64,000 bases of DNA from Candidatus Collierbacteria bacterium RIFOXYD2_FULL_45_13 (lineage in GTDB: Bacteria; Patescibacteriota; Microgenomatia; UBA1400; MFAQ01), in contig MFAS01000001.1 in assembly GCA_001774685.1 (NCBI GenBank), positions 159,557-223,556 of the forward strand. The letters are read 5' to 3'. Position numbers and translations under genes: made by a program. Shown here one piece after another: positions 46,755 through 57,843 of the stretch; position 1 is the stretch's first letter; each line of letters opens with the position of its first letter. The notes beneath the pieces were generated by a model. That model was not told the origin of the DNA. It saw only the letters and a program-made list of their open reading frames with translations, and did no database searches.

Positions 46755-48263
46755 ATGGATAATCAATTTCCACTACCAGGTCCGGTTGCTTCCGTTCCGG
46801 AGCCATCAACTTTCCCTCCCTCGACGTCTGATGTCTCACCTTTGCCTAGTCCCGAAGAGGCAGCACCTCCACCACCCGGATATCAGCCACCCGCCGCAGC
46901 CAACCCTCCAGCCGTTTCGAGCTCACCTTTCAAAATGATTACTCCTATAATCATTGGCTTGGTCGTCATTGGTCTGATTGCCTATATTTTGTTCCGCCTC
47001 CTTGGTAAGACCGTCAGCAGCAAAACTCAGTCAGTCTCTCCGTCCACAACCGTCACTTTGACATACTATGGCCTTTGGGAGCCATCTTCCGTTATGAAAC
47101 CGGTTATCGATGCCTTCGAAAAACAAAATCCCAACATCAAGATCGACTACCAGCTCCAATCACCACAGGACTACCAAGACCGTGTAAAAACAGCATTGGA
47201 AAGTCAGACTCCACCTGATATCGTTCGATTGCACACCACCTGGCTACCTCTTTTTGCAGCCGCTTTGCTTCCGGCTCCCCCCAACACCTTATCGGCAACA
47301 GAGCTTGCTACTAATTTTTATCCCATCGTCAGCAAGCTTCTGGTATCCGGGAATCAAGTTTACGGTGCACCCATGACCGCGGAAACCCTGGGGCTTTTTG
47401 TTAACACCGCCATTCTTCAGCAAAAACAGCTCCAACCACCCAAAACTTGGGAGGATCTGCTTACAGCCGCCAAAGCAGTAAGAGAGCTAGAGCCGATTAC
47501 CGGAAAGATTAGACGTGCAGGTGTCGCTCTTGGCAACACCACCAACGTCGAATACTGGCCCGACATTGTCTCCATGATGCTTCTACAAGCCGGTGTTTCC
47601 CTTACCGACATCAAAGGACCGGAAGTGGGTGTCACTCTGAAGTACTACACAGATTTTGTTTCCAAACATCAAGTTTGGGACGACACACTGCCTCCTTCAA
47701 CGGTTGCATTTTCAAATGAGAAAGTAGCCATGATTATTGCTCCCAGTTGGGTTGCTAAAGATATCAAAGCTATCAACCCGTCACTTTCTTGGCAGGTTGT
47801 TCCGGTTCCCCAGCTTCCGGATATTGATCCGATTAGCTGGACATCAATCTGGTTTGAGGCTGTTGCCAAGAATAGTGCTCACCCGCAGGAAGCATGGAAA
47901 TTTGTTAGTTTCTTGGCTTCGGCAAACGCCCAGCAAATACTTTTTGACTCGGCTACTCAAGATAGAGGATTCCCCCAGCCTCCCGCCAACAAGGCTGTTG
48001 CCGAAATTGCTTCTAAGAATCCGGTTCTTGCTCCCTTTGTTGACAGCCTTAACACGGCCAAGACCTTTTACACTGCCTCAAAGACTCAAGATTCCAAAAC
48101 CGCCTTGAATTCTCGCCTGATCAAATACCTGGAAGACGCCATTAATAGTACTTCCACTAACCAAGAGGACAACAAAATCGTGGAAACCTTACACAACGGC
48201 TTCGTTCAGGTATTATCTCAATACGGCTTGGTAGCCGCACCACCTCCTTCACCCACTCCGTAA
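46755..48263 (+). CDS. extracellular solute-binding protein (ABC-type, family 1) with Pro-rich N-terminus and TM anchor
   Basis: Pro-rich segment, then a TM helix, then TLTYYGLWEPSSVMKPVIDAFEKQNPNIKIDYQ...YQDRV, which is sugar-SBP-like. No permease genes are adjacent. Confidence 0.6.
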   Translation: MDNQFPLPGPVASVPEPSTFPPSTSDVSPLPSPEEAAPPPPGYQPPAAANPPAVSSSPFKMITPIIIGLVVIGLIAYILFRLLGKTVSSKTQSVSPSTTVTLTYYGLWEPSSVMKPVIDAFEKQNPNIKIDYQLQSPQDYQDRVKTALESQTPPDIVRLHTTWLPLFAAALLPAPPNTLSATELATNFYPIVSKLLVSGNQVYGAPMTAETLGLFVNTAILQQKQLQPPKTWEDLLTAAKAVRELEPITGKIRRAGVALGNTTNVEYWPDIVSMMLLQAGVSLTDIKGPEVGVTLKYYTDFVSKHQVWDDTLPPSTVAFSNEKVAMIIAPSWVAKDIKAINPSLSWQVVPVPQLPDIDPISWTSIWFEAVAKNSAHPQEAWKFVSFLASANAQQILFDSATQDRGFPQPPANKAVAEIASKNPVLAPFVDSLNTAKTFYTASKTQDSKTALNSRLIKYLEDAINSTSTNQEDNKIVETLHNGFVQVLSQYGLVAAPPPSPTP

Positions 48264-48265
48264 TT

Positions 48266-49087
48266 ATGGATCTCCGTCAAGCCATCTCCGATACCCTTAA
48301 GTATGCGGATTATTTTCACTACCCGCTTACCTCTCGAGAGATTCACTATTGGCTAACTACACCGTGTCTAACTCCTTTTGCTACGATAAGGCCATTACTT
48401 CCTCCGAAACTTACAAAATCACAAAGAAGTCTTCGATCTTTGGTTTTGCACTCATCGGAACAAAAACGATCTCATGCCCGCAGATTGGCGGCCACTCTCC
48501 GGTTTGTTCCTGGACTACGCCTGGTTGCTCTCACCGGCTCTGTTGCGGCCGGTAACTCCTACCCCAATGATGACATCGATCTGTTCTTTATTACTTCCCC
48601 GCACTGTCTGTGGTTGGTTCGCCCATTGGTCATTATCCTAATATCCATCTTCTTTCGTCGACGCCATCCGGGGGAAGATCACTCCAAAGCGGCCAATGCA
48701 TTTTGCCCCAATCTATGGTTGGATTCTTTGTCTCTCGCCGTTCCTGAAAACAAACGCAATCTATATACAGCTCACGAGGTACTCCAAACAATTCCGCTCC
48801 TAGATAGGGGAGATACCTATCTGGCTTTTTTACATGAGAACCGGTGGGCTAAAAGGTTCTTGGCCAACGCCTTTTCTTCCCTTGCTTCGGCACACAAACC
48901 ATTGCGATCAGCTGAGATCTTGTATAACCTTTTCGCACCCTTAAATTACATTTTCTATCTTATTCAGCTTCTGTACATGAACCCCAAGAAAACTAGTGAG
49001 GTTGTTCACCTCCACGCCGCTTTTCTTCACACCACAGACTTCGCTAGTGCGATCAGCCACCACCTAAAAACTTCGAAAGACATATAA
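48266..49087 (+). CDS. hypothetical protein, possible nucleotidyltransferase fold
   Basis: LVALTGSVAAGNSYPNDDIDLFFIT resembles the NTase GS-x9-DxD motif. Weak. Confidence 0.4.
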   Translation: MDLRQAISDTLKYADYFHYPLTSREIHYWLTTPCLTPFATIRPLLPPKLTKSQRSLRSLVLHSSEQKRSHARRLAATLRFVPGLRLVALTGSVAAGNSYPNDDIDLFFITSPHCLWLVRPLVIILISIFFRRRHPGEDHSKAANAFCPNLWLDSLSLAVPENKRNLYTAHEVLQTIPLLDRGDTYLAFLHENRWAKRFLANAFSSLASAHKPLRSAEILYNLFAPLNYIFYLIQLLYMNPKKTSEVVHLHAAFLHTTDFASAISHHLKTSKDI

Positions 49088-49099
49088 TTACATCTGAAT

Positions 49100-49897
49100 A
49101 TGGATATCTTTACCCTATACATCTACCAACCTTTCTTCAATATCTTGGTCGGTCTTTACTGGTTTGTGGGGCAAATTCTTCCTTCTCCGGACATGGGCAT
49201 CGCTGTTATTCTTTTCGCTGTCGCCGTTCGGATTATTCTTCTTCCAATAGATCTCATAGGAGAACAGTCTGACGAAGAAAAGCTTCAAATTGCTCTCAAA
49301 GTTAAAAAAGTCAAAAAAGAATTCGCTTCCGATCCTGTTCGGCAAAAAGAAGGCATCAGACAGTTAATGCGCCAAAGCCCGGGAGCTATCTTTTCCGAGG
49401 TTTTTACCATCACTGTTCAAGTGTTAATCATTTTAATCCTATACCGTATTTTTACGACAGGCTTGGAAGGTGCGGATATGCACCTTCTTTACAAATTTAT
49501 GCCTTCGGTCCGCCAACCCATCAACCTCATGTTCCTTGGAAAATACGACCTATCCCATACTAACAGTGCCCTGAACCTCCTTCAGTCTGTAATGATCTGT
49601 CTCAGTGAAATAGTTCACCTCTATTTTGAACCTGTTAGGCCTTCGAGAAAAGACTTCCTTTCTCTGGTGATCATCCTTCCCATTGTTAGTTTCCTCATTT
49701 TTATGTTCCTTCCGGCAGGCAAAAAGGTCTTTATTATCACCTCGCTCGCCTTCGGCATCGCCCTCAAAATCGTTAGACAAATTCTCTATCTTACTTACTC
49801 TTTTAGGCATCAGACTCCTGAAAACATCTCCCAGCCTGCCCTCTCTACACCCGCACCGTCAATCGGGGCCTCTACGACCACCCCTCCAACAGCTTAA
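49100..49897 (+). CDS. second YidC/Oxa1-family insertase paralog
   Basis: LYIYQPFFNILVGLYWFV...GIAVILFAVAVRIILLPIDLIGEQSDEEKLQIALKVKKVKKEFASDPVRQKEGIRQLMRQSPG follows the YidC core pattern. Confidence 0.6.
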   Translation: MDIFTLYIYQPFFNILVGLYWFVGQILPSPDMGIAVILFAVAVRIILLPIDLIGEQSDEEKLQIALKVKKVKKEFASDPVRQKEGIRQLMRQSPGAIFSEVFTITVQVLIILILYRIFTTGLEGADMHLLYKFMPSVRQPINLMFLGKYDLSHTNSALNLLQSVMICLSEIVHLYFEPVRPSRKDFLSLVIILPIVSFLIFMFLPAGKKVFIITSLAFGIALKIVRQILYLTYSFRHQTPENISQPALSTPAPSIGASTTTPPTA

Positions 49898-49920
49898 AAA
49901 AGGTTATAATAGACCAAGTT

Positions 49921-50532
49921 ATGGCTGATTTTGATAAATTGGTAGTTTCCTTTCTCGTCGACGAAGTTGTTGGCGGTTTCTTTATTTCCGTCCCACCCGG
50001 GCATGTCGCCTGTGTTTATGATCGAGGTGCCGGAGTTCTTAAACGAGTTTGGGGACCGGGGCTTCATCTCAAGATCCCTTTTTGGCAAATAGCCAAACTC
50101 TTTAATGCTCAAGTTCTGGAATACACCATTAGGCACGGGTTCGACCTTTCCGTGAAGGAAGCTCTTGGTGACGAGCCTGTCATTGCCACCACCAAGGATA
50201 ACAAAACCATCTCTATCGAGGGCTCAATTCTCTTCAGGTTGGATAAGGCTAACGCCCCTCTTCTTTGGGAGAACATTGGGGACAACTTTGTATCCAAGGT
50301 TATTCGTCCATATTCCAGAAGCCGGATCGCTTCTGCTTTCAGCAAGTTCGGTTCCAAAGAGATCGGTTCAGAGCGATCCAAAATCGAAGGAATGCTAAAA
50401 AGTGAACTAAACGAACTTTTTCATAGCAGTGCTTTAATCATTGAGAATGTTCTGTTCTCCGAAGTTAAGATTGCTGATCCGGAAGCCCACCATTCCGGGA
50501 AGAGTATCCTTTCTGCTACGCCCACTGTTTAG
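49921..50532 (+). CDS. SPFH/Band-7 (prohibitin-like) domain protein
   Basis: GHVACVYDRGAGVLKRVWGPGLHLKIPFWQIAKLFNAQVLEYTI is the SPFH N-terminal signature. Confidence 0.65.
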   Translation: MADFDKLVVSFLVDEVVGGFFISVPPGHVACVYDRGAGVLKRVWGPGLHLKIPFWQIAKLFNAQVLEYTIRHGFDLSVKEALGDEPVIATTKDNKTISIEGSILFRLDKANAPLLWENIGDNFVSKVIRPYSRSRIASAFSKFGSKEIGSERSKIEGMLKSELNELFHSSALIIENVLFSEVKIADPEAHHSGKSILSATPTV

Positions 50533-50553
50533 TTTTTTTAATATACTTAACTC

Positions 50554-53500
50554 ATGGCCTTGCCCAAATACTCTGTTTTGCAGATACGTCCAGCCAAAGA
50601 CTCCCTCACTGGGCAGGCGGCCTTTATCGAATTTCTGGCTTCACTCAGAACGGCTCTAAAATCAGGTTTCCTGGATAGGCTTCTTGGAACGTATGAAACT
50701 ATCTGTCTTGAAATTGTCAATTTAAATCAGACTACCTTTTTTATTCTTGCCTGTCCGGAACGACTCGAACATTTAGTACGCGCTCAGATTGCAGCCCAGT
50801 ATCCCACCGCACTCATTACCCCTATGAAAGATTATCTATCCGACTGGCTGAACCACGGTCAGACCGCTCTCGGTCAGCTTGTTCTCACCGGTCCCTCATA
50901 TCTTTCACTCAACAACACCTTGGACGATAAAGTCGACCAAATGGCCTCCATTCTTGGCAGTCTCGCAAGAATTCCTGCCGGTCAGGCTGGAATAATCCAG
51001 ATATGTCTTTTTGCTGCTCCGAAGAACTGGCAAAAATCCGCCCGCGCACAGCTGGAAGTTGTTACCCCCGCTACAGCCACCGATGCCGCCAAAAGTAAGC
51101 CTAGTCCCTACAAAGCCATTATCGAAAAAAAATTAATTTATCCGGCTTATTCTTGTGATATACGTCTGGCGACTATTGCACACGACCAGCAAACGTCCAA
51201 ACAACTCCTGTCTCAAATTGCAGCCGCGTTCGGTACTTATGCTCTTTCAGAAGGTAATAGCTTCAAACTAAAAACACCCAAGCACTCTGGGTCACTCAAC
51301 AAGCTTCGTCAGATGATATTGGATCGCTCTGCCAAGTATGCGAACCAATATCAATATCTCAACTATGGCGAAATTACCGCCATGTTCCACCTTCCTGGGG
51401 TATTACTGGCACCCATCAAGGGAATTGCGTGGGGTAAGACCCTAAAAGGTGAGGCTCCCACCAACCTACCGGTTGATGAGAATCTTCCGGAGAACGAAAG
51501 ACATCTGTACAATTTTTTTGCCAAAACCGAGTACAAGAATCACTTAGCAATCTTCGGTATGAAAAAGGGGATCGATCGCCTTCGCCATACTTACATTTTG
51601 GGGAAGTCGGGAACCGGTAAATCAACCCTCATCGGCCGCATGGCCATTAACGATATTCAGCACGGAGAAGGGGTTGCCTTTGTTGATCCTCATGGTGACG
51701 CAGCCGAAGTTCTTTTAGATTATATTCCAGAGAGCCGTATCGATGAAGTTGCTTATTTAGACCCTTCAGTTCCCGGCATATCTTTTTGGATGAATCCTCT
51801 CTATGTCAAAAACCCTGCTCAGGGTGAAATGGTTGCCTCCAGCATTGTCTCTATTTTTAGCAAACTTTACGGTAATTCCTGGGGACCTCGTCTGGAGTAT
51901 ATATTAAGAAATACCTTACTAACCCTGGTTTACAAGCCGGAAACTACCTTAGCGGATGTACCCCGTATACTTACCAACAAAGATTTCCGCGAAAAAGAGT
52001 GTTTGATCCACGTTACCGACCCGATTCTTGTCAATTTCTGGCGTGACGAATACGATAAGTATTCCGAAAAGTTTCAAACCGAAGCCATTGCTCCGATCTT
52101 AAATAAAGTTGGTCAGTTTGTCACCTCTCCTACCATCCGCGATATCATCAATCATCCCAAAAGCACCGTCGATTTTGAGGAGATGATGAACACCGGCAAG
52201 ATCATTATCCTGAATCTACCCCAGGGAAAGATAGGAGAAGACAATGCCGCCTTACTTGGAGCCATGTTCATTTCTCAAATCCAAATTGCGGCGATGAATC
52301 GGGCCCATGTGGCCGAAGAAAAAAGGAGAGATTTCTTTCTTTATGTCGATGAGTTCCAAAACTTCGCCACCTCTTCCTTTGTGAAGATCCTTTCCGAGGC
52401 TCGGAAATATAGGCTTGGATTAATCCTAGCCAATCAGTACATCGCACAACTGCCAGAAGAGATTCAAAATGCCATTTTTGGCAACGTCGGAACTGTTATG
52501 AGTTACGTTGTAGGGGCCTCGGACGCCGATCGAATCGTAAAAGAATTGAATAATCTGTACACAGCTGACGATCTTGTTGGTTTGGGTAAATATCAACTGG
52601 CTATGAAAATGTCTGTCGACTCCCAAATGACCCAACCTTTCTCCTCATATGGATTACCATTACCTGATACCCGAACCCAGCAAAAAGAAAAGGTTCTCGC
52701 CGCCACCTACGAGAAATACTATCGCAAAATAGAGCCTATGGATATGTCCCAGGTTACTGCCATTATGACCCCGGCACCCAAACGATATACCGAACCACCT
52801 TACATCCCAAAAGCGCTTAGAGAACCTTCCGCTGCAATCTCAGATCAAAAAGAAGCCACACGAAGTTATGAAGACACTCAGCGTTTTAACAAGCCGCCTT
52901 TTGTAAGTGTCTCTACTTCCACTACCGTGCCACCAAAACTTCCATATCAGCCCCAACTCCCTCCCACTCCGGCATTATCCAAGCCGAACCCATTCAAAAT
53001 TCCTCCATCAGGATCTCCTCCGGTTTCTTCGCCACCCGTAGTGGATCGTCGTGGCCTGCCCATTTCACCCCCCACAAAACCGGTCGACTCAATAAAACCA
53101 CTAACTGAGAACCGAGAACTGAGAACTGAGATCTCTACCTCGACCTCTCTCAAAGAACCTTCCTTGGAAGAACTCGATGGTCTTCGCAAACAGGGTTTGC
53201 GCCCCAGTGTCGTCGGCTGTTTCTTAAATAATAAAAAAATTCTTCTAGCTTACCAAAAATCGTTTAATCAATGGACTCTTCCTCAGGGGGGAGTGGACAA
53301 CGGAAAAACCATTAAGGAAACGTTCTTTCAGGAAATGGGAGAGGAGGTCACGGAGGACTTTATCAAAACATGTAGTGAAGATATCAAACTTGTCGCTGTC
53401 GATAAAATCGAATTTCCCCCAAGCAAACAAGGACTCAGAGATATGGTTACTGATTCAGACGAACCCGTAGTGATGAAAGGGAAATATTACTATTTCTATA

Positions 53501-53985
53501 CTAGCGATGCCCAATCAACCGATATAACTATCGGAGCTAGCGAATTCGACGATATAAAATGGCTAAATTACGACGAAGCGTATAAACTAATTAAAGAGAC
53601 CAACTCCGGCGGCAGGTTGAGGACGATCACCAACCTTCTCCGAGTGCTCATGGAAAAGGGTCTTCTGTCTACCAATCAACCTTCAAAACATGGATCCGAA
53701 CCGGAACCAAAACCAGAAAGACCAAAAACTAATACTTCCTCCGGAAGATACTCTCCTGGCGAGTCCAGAAACTTTCAGAACGGTAGTTTCGGATCCGGAC
53801 CCATCGCCGGTGACATCAGGAGTCAGTTACACCCCGCCTCAGTCGTGGGGGGCAGACCAGTCAGCGGTCCCGATGGGAACTCCAACAGTCGAACCCCTTC
53901 AAACTCCATCTCGGAATCCTCAACTCTCGGAATCGACGACTCCACCAAGCCATCAGGAGACTCTACCCCTCCCTCCGCGTACTGA
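50554..53985 (+). CDS. VirD4/TrwB (type IV coupling protein)-like P-loop NTPase with long disordered Pro-rich region and Nudix-like C-terminal module (1143 aa)
   Basis: - Walker A HTYILGKSGTGKSTLIG, then HGEGVAFVDPHGDAAEVL...VAYLDP...FWMNPL. This parallels TrwB/TraD motifs (GTTGSGKS...VIVDPNGD...ILNP).
- Walker B FFLYVDEFQNF ... RKYRLGLILANQ.
- No N-terminal TM helix.
- C-terminus WTLPQGGVDNGKTIKETFFQEMGEEV is a degenerate Nudix-box-like segment.
- The start codon is preceded by TATACTTAACTC. Confidence 0.55.
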   Translation: MALPKYSVLQIRPAKDSLTGQAAFIEFLASLRTALKSGFLDRLLGTYETICLEIVNLNQTTFFILACPERLEHLVRAQIAAQYPTALITPMKDYLSDWLNHGQTALGQLVLTGPSYLSLNNTLDDKVDQMASILGSLARIPAGQAGIIQICLFAAPKNWQKSARAQLEVVTPATATDAAKSKPSPYKAIIEKKLIYPAYSCDIRLATIAHDQQTSKQLLSQIAAAFGTYALSEGNSFKLKTPKHSGSLNKLRQMILDRSAKYANQYQYLNYGEITAMFHLPGVLLAPIKGIAWGKTLKGEAPTNLPVDENLPENERHLYNFFAKTEYKNHLAIFGMKKGIDRLRHTYILGKSGTGKSTLIGRMAINDIQHGEGVAFVDPHGDAAEVLLDYIPESRIDEVAYLDPSVPGISFWMNPLYVKNPAQGEMVASSIVSIFSKLYGNSWGPRLEYILRNTLLTLVYKPETTLADVPRILTNKDFREKECLIHVTDPILVNFWRDEYDKYSEKFQTEAIAPILNKVGQFVTSPTIRDIINHPKSTVDFEEMMNTGKIIILNLPQGKIGEDNAALLGAMFISQIQIAAMNRAHVAEEKRRDFFLYVDEFQNFATSSFVKILSEARKYRLGLILANQYIAQLPEEIQNAIFGNVGTVMSYVVGASDADRIVKELNNLYTADDLVGLGKYQLAMKMSVDSQMTQPFSSYGLPLPDTRTQQKEKVLAATYEKYYRKIEPMDMSQVTAIMTPAPKRYTEPPYIPKALREPSAAISDQKEATRSYEDTQRFNKPPFVSVSTSTTVPPKLPYQPQLPPTPALSKPNPFKIPPSGSPPVSSPPVVDRRGLPISPPTKPVDSIKPLTENRELRTEISTSTSLKEPSLEELDGLRKQGLRPSVVGCFLNNKKILLAYQKSFNQWTLPQGGVDNGKTIKETFFQEMGEEVTEDFIKTCSEDIKLVAVDKIEFPPSKQGLRDMVTDSDEPVVMKGKYYYFYTSDAQSTDITIGASEFDDIKWLNYDEAYKLIKETNSGGRLRTITNLLRVLMEKGLLSTNQPSKHGSEPEPKPERPKTNTSSGRYSPGESRNFQNGSFGSGPIAGDIRSQLHPASVVGGRPVSGPDGNSNSRTPSNSISESSTLGIDDSTKPSGDSTPPSAY

Positions 53986-54001
53986 AGAATCTTCTTCCCC
54001 T

Positions 54002-54664
54002 ATGATGAAAACCTTACTTACCGGAGTTGCCTTAATTCTTTTCGGTGCCTTGCTTGGAGTTCTGGCTTCACGCTTCCTCCCCATGTCTCCCTCGGTCACG
54101 CCTTCCCAAGATATAGAACCCACTACAGATACCAACCCCACTGAAGCTGAAATTGAGACTTCACCAACTGTCGAAATTACCCTGCCCTTAACTCCCACGG
54201 CTACACCATCATCATTATTAAATCTCAAGTGGAATATGATGACCGTTAAGTCGCCATTGGCCGCTTTTACTTCCTATCGTATCTACTACCCAACAACCTG
54301 GTCTATCAAGGAATATCGAAACTTTTCCACCTCAAAAGATGGCGGCAACTCTACTCTTACTCTGGAAAAGGGGACGGCAATCTTAAGTATTCGTCAGGCA
54401 CCTGGAGAAGTTCAAGATTGTTCTCCGGCTCTTTACTCTGATTTTCATATTCTAATCAAGCGAGACATTGTTGCCTGGAAGTGGGCCAAAAAAGCCACCG
54501 ACGAAGCAGCTTCCACCTATGATGTCTGCGAAAGCCTCTCTGGTAGCAAATACATTTCGCCCACATCGATCGGTTACATCATTGCAAATAGCCCGACCGT
54601 CGTTGACGCAGAGACTCTTGATGAAATAAACTACATTCTCGAAAAGATCGTCATCTTAAAATAA
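54002..54664 (+). CDS. membrane-anchored hypothetical protein (220 aa)
   Basis: MMKTLLTGVALILFGALLGVLASRF is a TM anchor. The longest ORF (53690) would overlap the upstream gene by about 300 nt, so the internal start at 54002 is proposed. Confidence 0.45.
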   Translation: MMKTLLTGVALILFGALLGVLASRFLPMSPSVTPSQDIEPTTDTNPTEAEIETSPTVEITLPLTPTATPSSLLNLKWNMMTVKSPLAAFTSYRIYYPTTWSIKEYRNFSTSKDGGNSTLTLEKGTAILSIRQAPGEVQDCSPALYSDFHILIKRDIVAWKWAKKATDEAASTYDVCESLSGSKYISPTSIGYIIANSPTVVDAETLDEINYILEKIVILK

Positions 54665-54684
54665 ACGGACCTGGTCCTGGGGTC

Positions 54685-54736
54685 TTGACAAAATTTTCTC
54701 TTTTTATAAAATAGCAATCGAGACGGAAGAGTGCTA
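54685..54736 (+). promoter_or_regulatory. groESL promoter (TTGACA-16-TAAAAT) with overlapping degenerate CIRCE inverted repeat
   Basis: TTGACA at 54685..54690 and TAAAAT at 54707..54712. TAGCAATC-N9-GAGTGCTA at 54712..54736 matches CIRCE (TTAGCACTC-N9-GAGTGCTAA) with one mismatch in the left arm. Confidence 0.5.
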
Positions 54737-54808
54737 CTTTTCTGGTATACTCATCTCTGTCAATGTTCGTCTCCAGTTAGTTTTTATCATTTAACACAAA
54801 TAACCAAC

Positions 54809-56748
<1,940 letters not shown>

Positions 56749-56771
56749 CTTCAGCTTCAAAAGACAAAAAA

Positions 56772-56794
56772 AGACCCCGCAAGGGGTCTTTTTG
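56772..56794 (+). terminator. rho-independent terminator after groEL
   Basis: agacccc-gcaa-ggggtct followed by TTTTT. Confidence 0.7.
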
Positions 56795-56840
56795 TGAGTC
56801 AAGACTAGACAGAGAAAAACATCTCATATAATATGTAAAC

Positions 56841-57674
56841 ATGGAACAATTGATGGAAGCTCAAGGAGAATTATCATACTTAGCAAATGGCAACCTCGCT
56901 CTTATCGAGGGAACCCCTCTTGCTATCACCAGGGAGGTGTGGGAGAAGCCAAATGGTTTTCGTCTACTTTCCGGCACCCATACGAAAACTGAGTCTGATA
57001 TTAAGCCTGTCGAGGTTGTTGGTAGTGAGATGACTGAACTTCAGGATCAGGTTGACGTCCAAATATCTGTCAATCCCGATGGAAGACTGGTTCTTACCAA
57101 TAACCACTCCTCTGAGATATCTCTATGGATCTATGGGAAAGAAGTGATAGTCAAGCCGGGTGCTGAGAACAGCCAAACGATTTCTCCAAAACCGGAAGAG
57201 TATCAGAATATGGATGGGATAGAGGATAACGCCTTCTACCTCTGTCTCGGCAACGAACGTGTCGTAAAAGTATCCAAACAGTTGCTGGACAATAAAGTAG
57301 TTCTCAGGAACTCCTCTCTTGACCGAAAAGGTTCTGGGGTTGCAGGTAATCTTCTAGATACGCCAGAAGGCGAAAACCGTCGAATTGACTATGGGTTTGC
57401 AGGGGCTCATGAGGGTGGTTTTGTCGAATTCACCGTAGACCAAGATTCTCAGGCTCCAAAAATCACGGTCGACACGCAGCACGATAAATATTTCTTGGTT
57501 CCTACAGACAACAATCCTCTCTATGTTCGCCCAGAAAATGATCTACAGAGTGTTGAGGTGACTCAAAGGTACCACATGCAACCAGGCACATATTTTCGTT
57601 TCAAAGAACGCGCCTACTATTTTGTGGGTCTTGACGAACACAAAAAGCCTCGCGTTATTGAGATAAAAAAATAG
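56841..57674 (+). CDS. hypothetical protein (277 aa)
   Basis: Long ORF with no recognisable domain. TATAAT 8 nt upstream of the start. Confidence 0.5.
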   Translation: MEQLMEAQGELSYLANGNLALIEGTPLAITREVWEKPNGFRLLSGTHTKTESDIKPVEVVGSEMTELQDQVDVQISVNPDGRLVLTNNHSSEISLWIYGKEVIVKPGAENSQTISPKPEEYQNMDGIEDNAFYLCLGNERVVKVSKQLLDNKVVLRNSSLDRKGSGVAGNLLDTPEGENRRIDYGFAGAHEGGFVEFTVDQDSQAPKITVDTQHDKYFLVPTDNNPLYVRPENDLQSVEVTQRYHMQPGTYFRFKERAYYFVGLDEHKKPRVIEIKK

Positions 57675-57697
57675 TACAGCCAAACTAAGATAAAAAA

Positions 57698-57722
57698 ATC
57701 TGCCCGATAGGCGGATTTTTTT
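57698..57722 (+). terminator. rho-independent terminator
   Basis: atctgcc-cgata-ggcggat followed by TTTTTTT, with an upstream A-run. Confidence 0.55.
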
Positions 57723-57843
57723 ATAGCATCTATATGTGAAACGGAGTTAATGTATGATTGATATCCACAAAATAATTGAGTTATTCACACCACAGAAACC
57801 ATTGATATATCAATCCGAAACAAGTACAAAACTGTTGAAATCT

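Noticed and set aside
53690-54001. 5' part of the 324-aa ORF overlapping the last ~300 nt of the 1143-aa gene
   Set aside because: It is in a different frame from the long gene. An internal Met-Met at 54002, followed directly by a TM anchor, gives a non-overlapping gene, which is the more parsimonious start.
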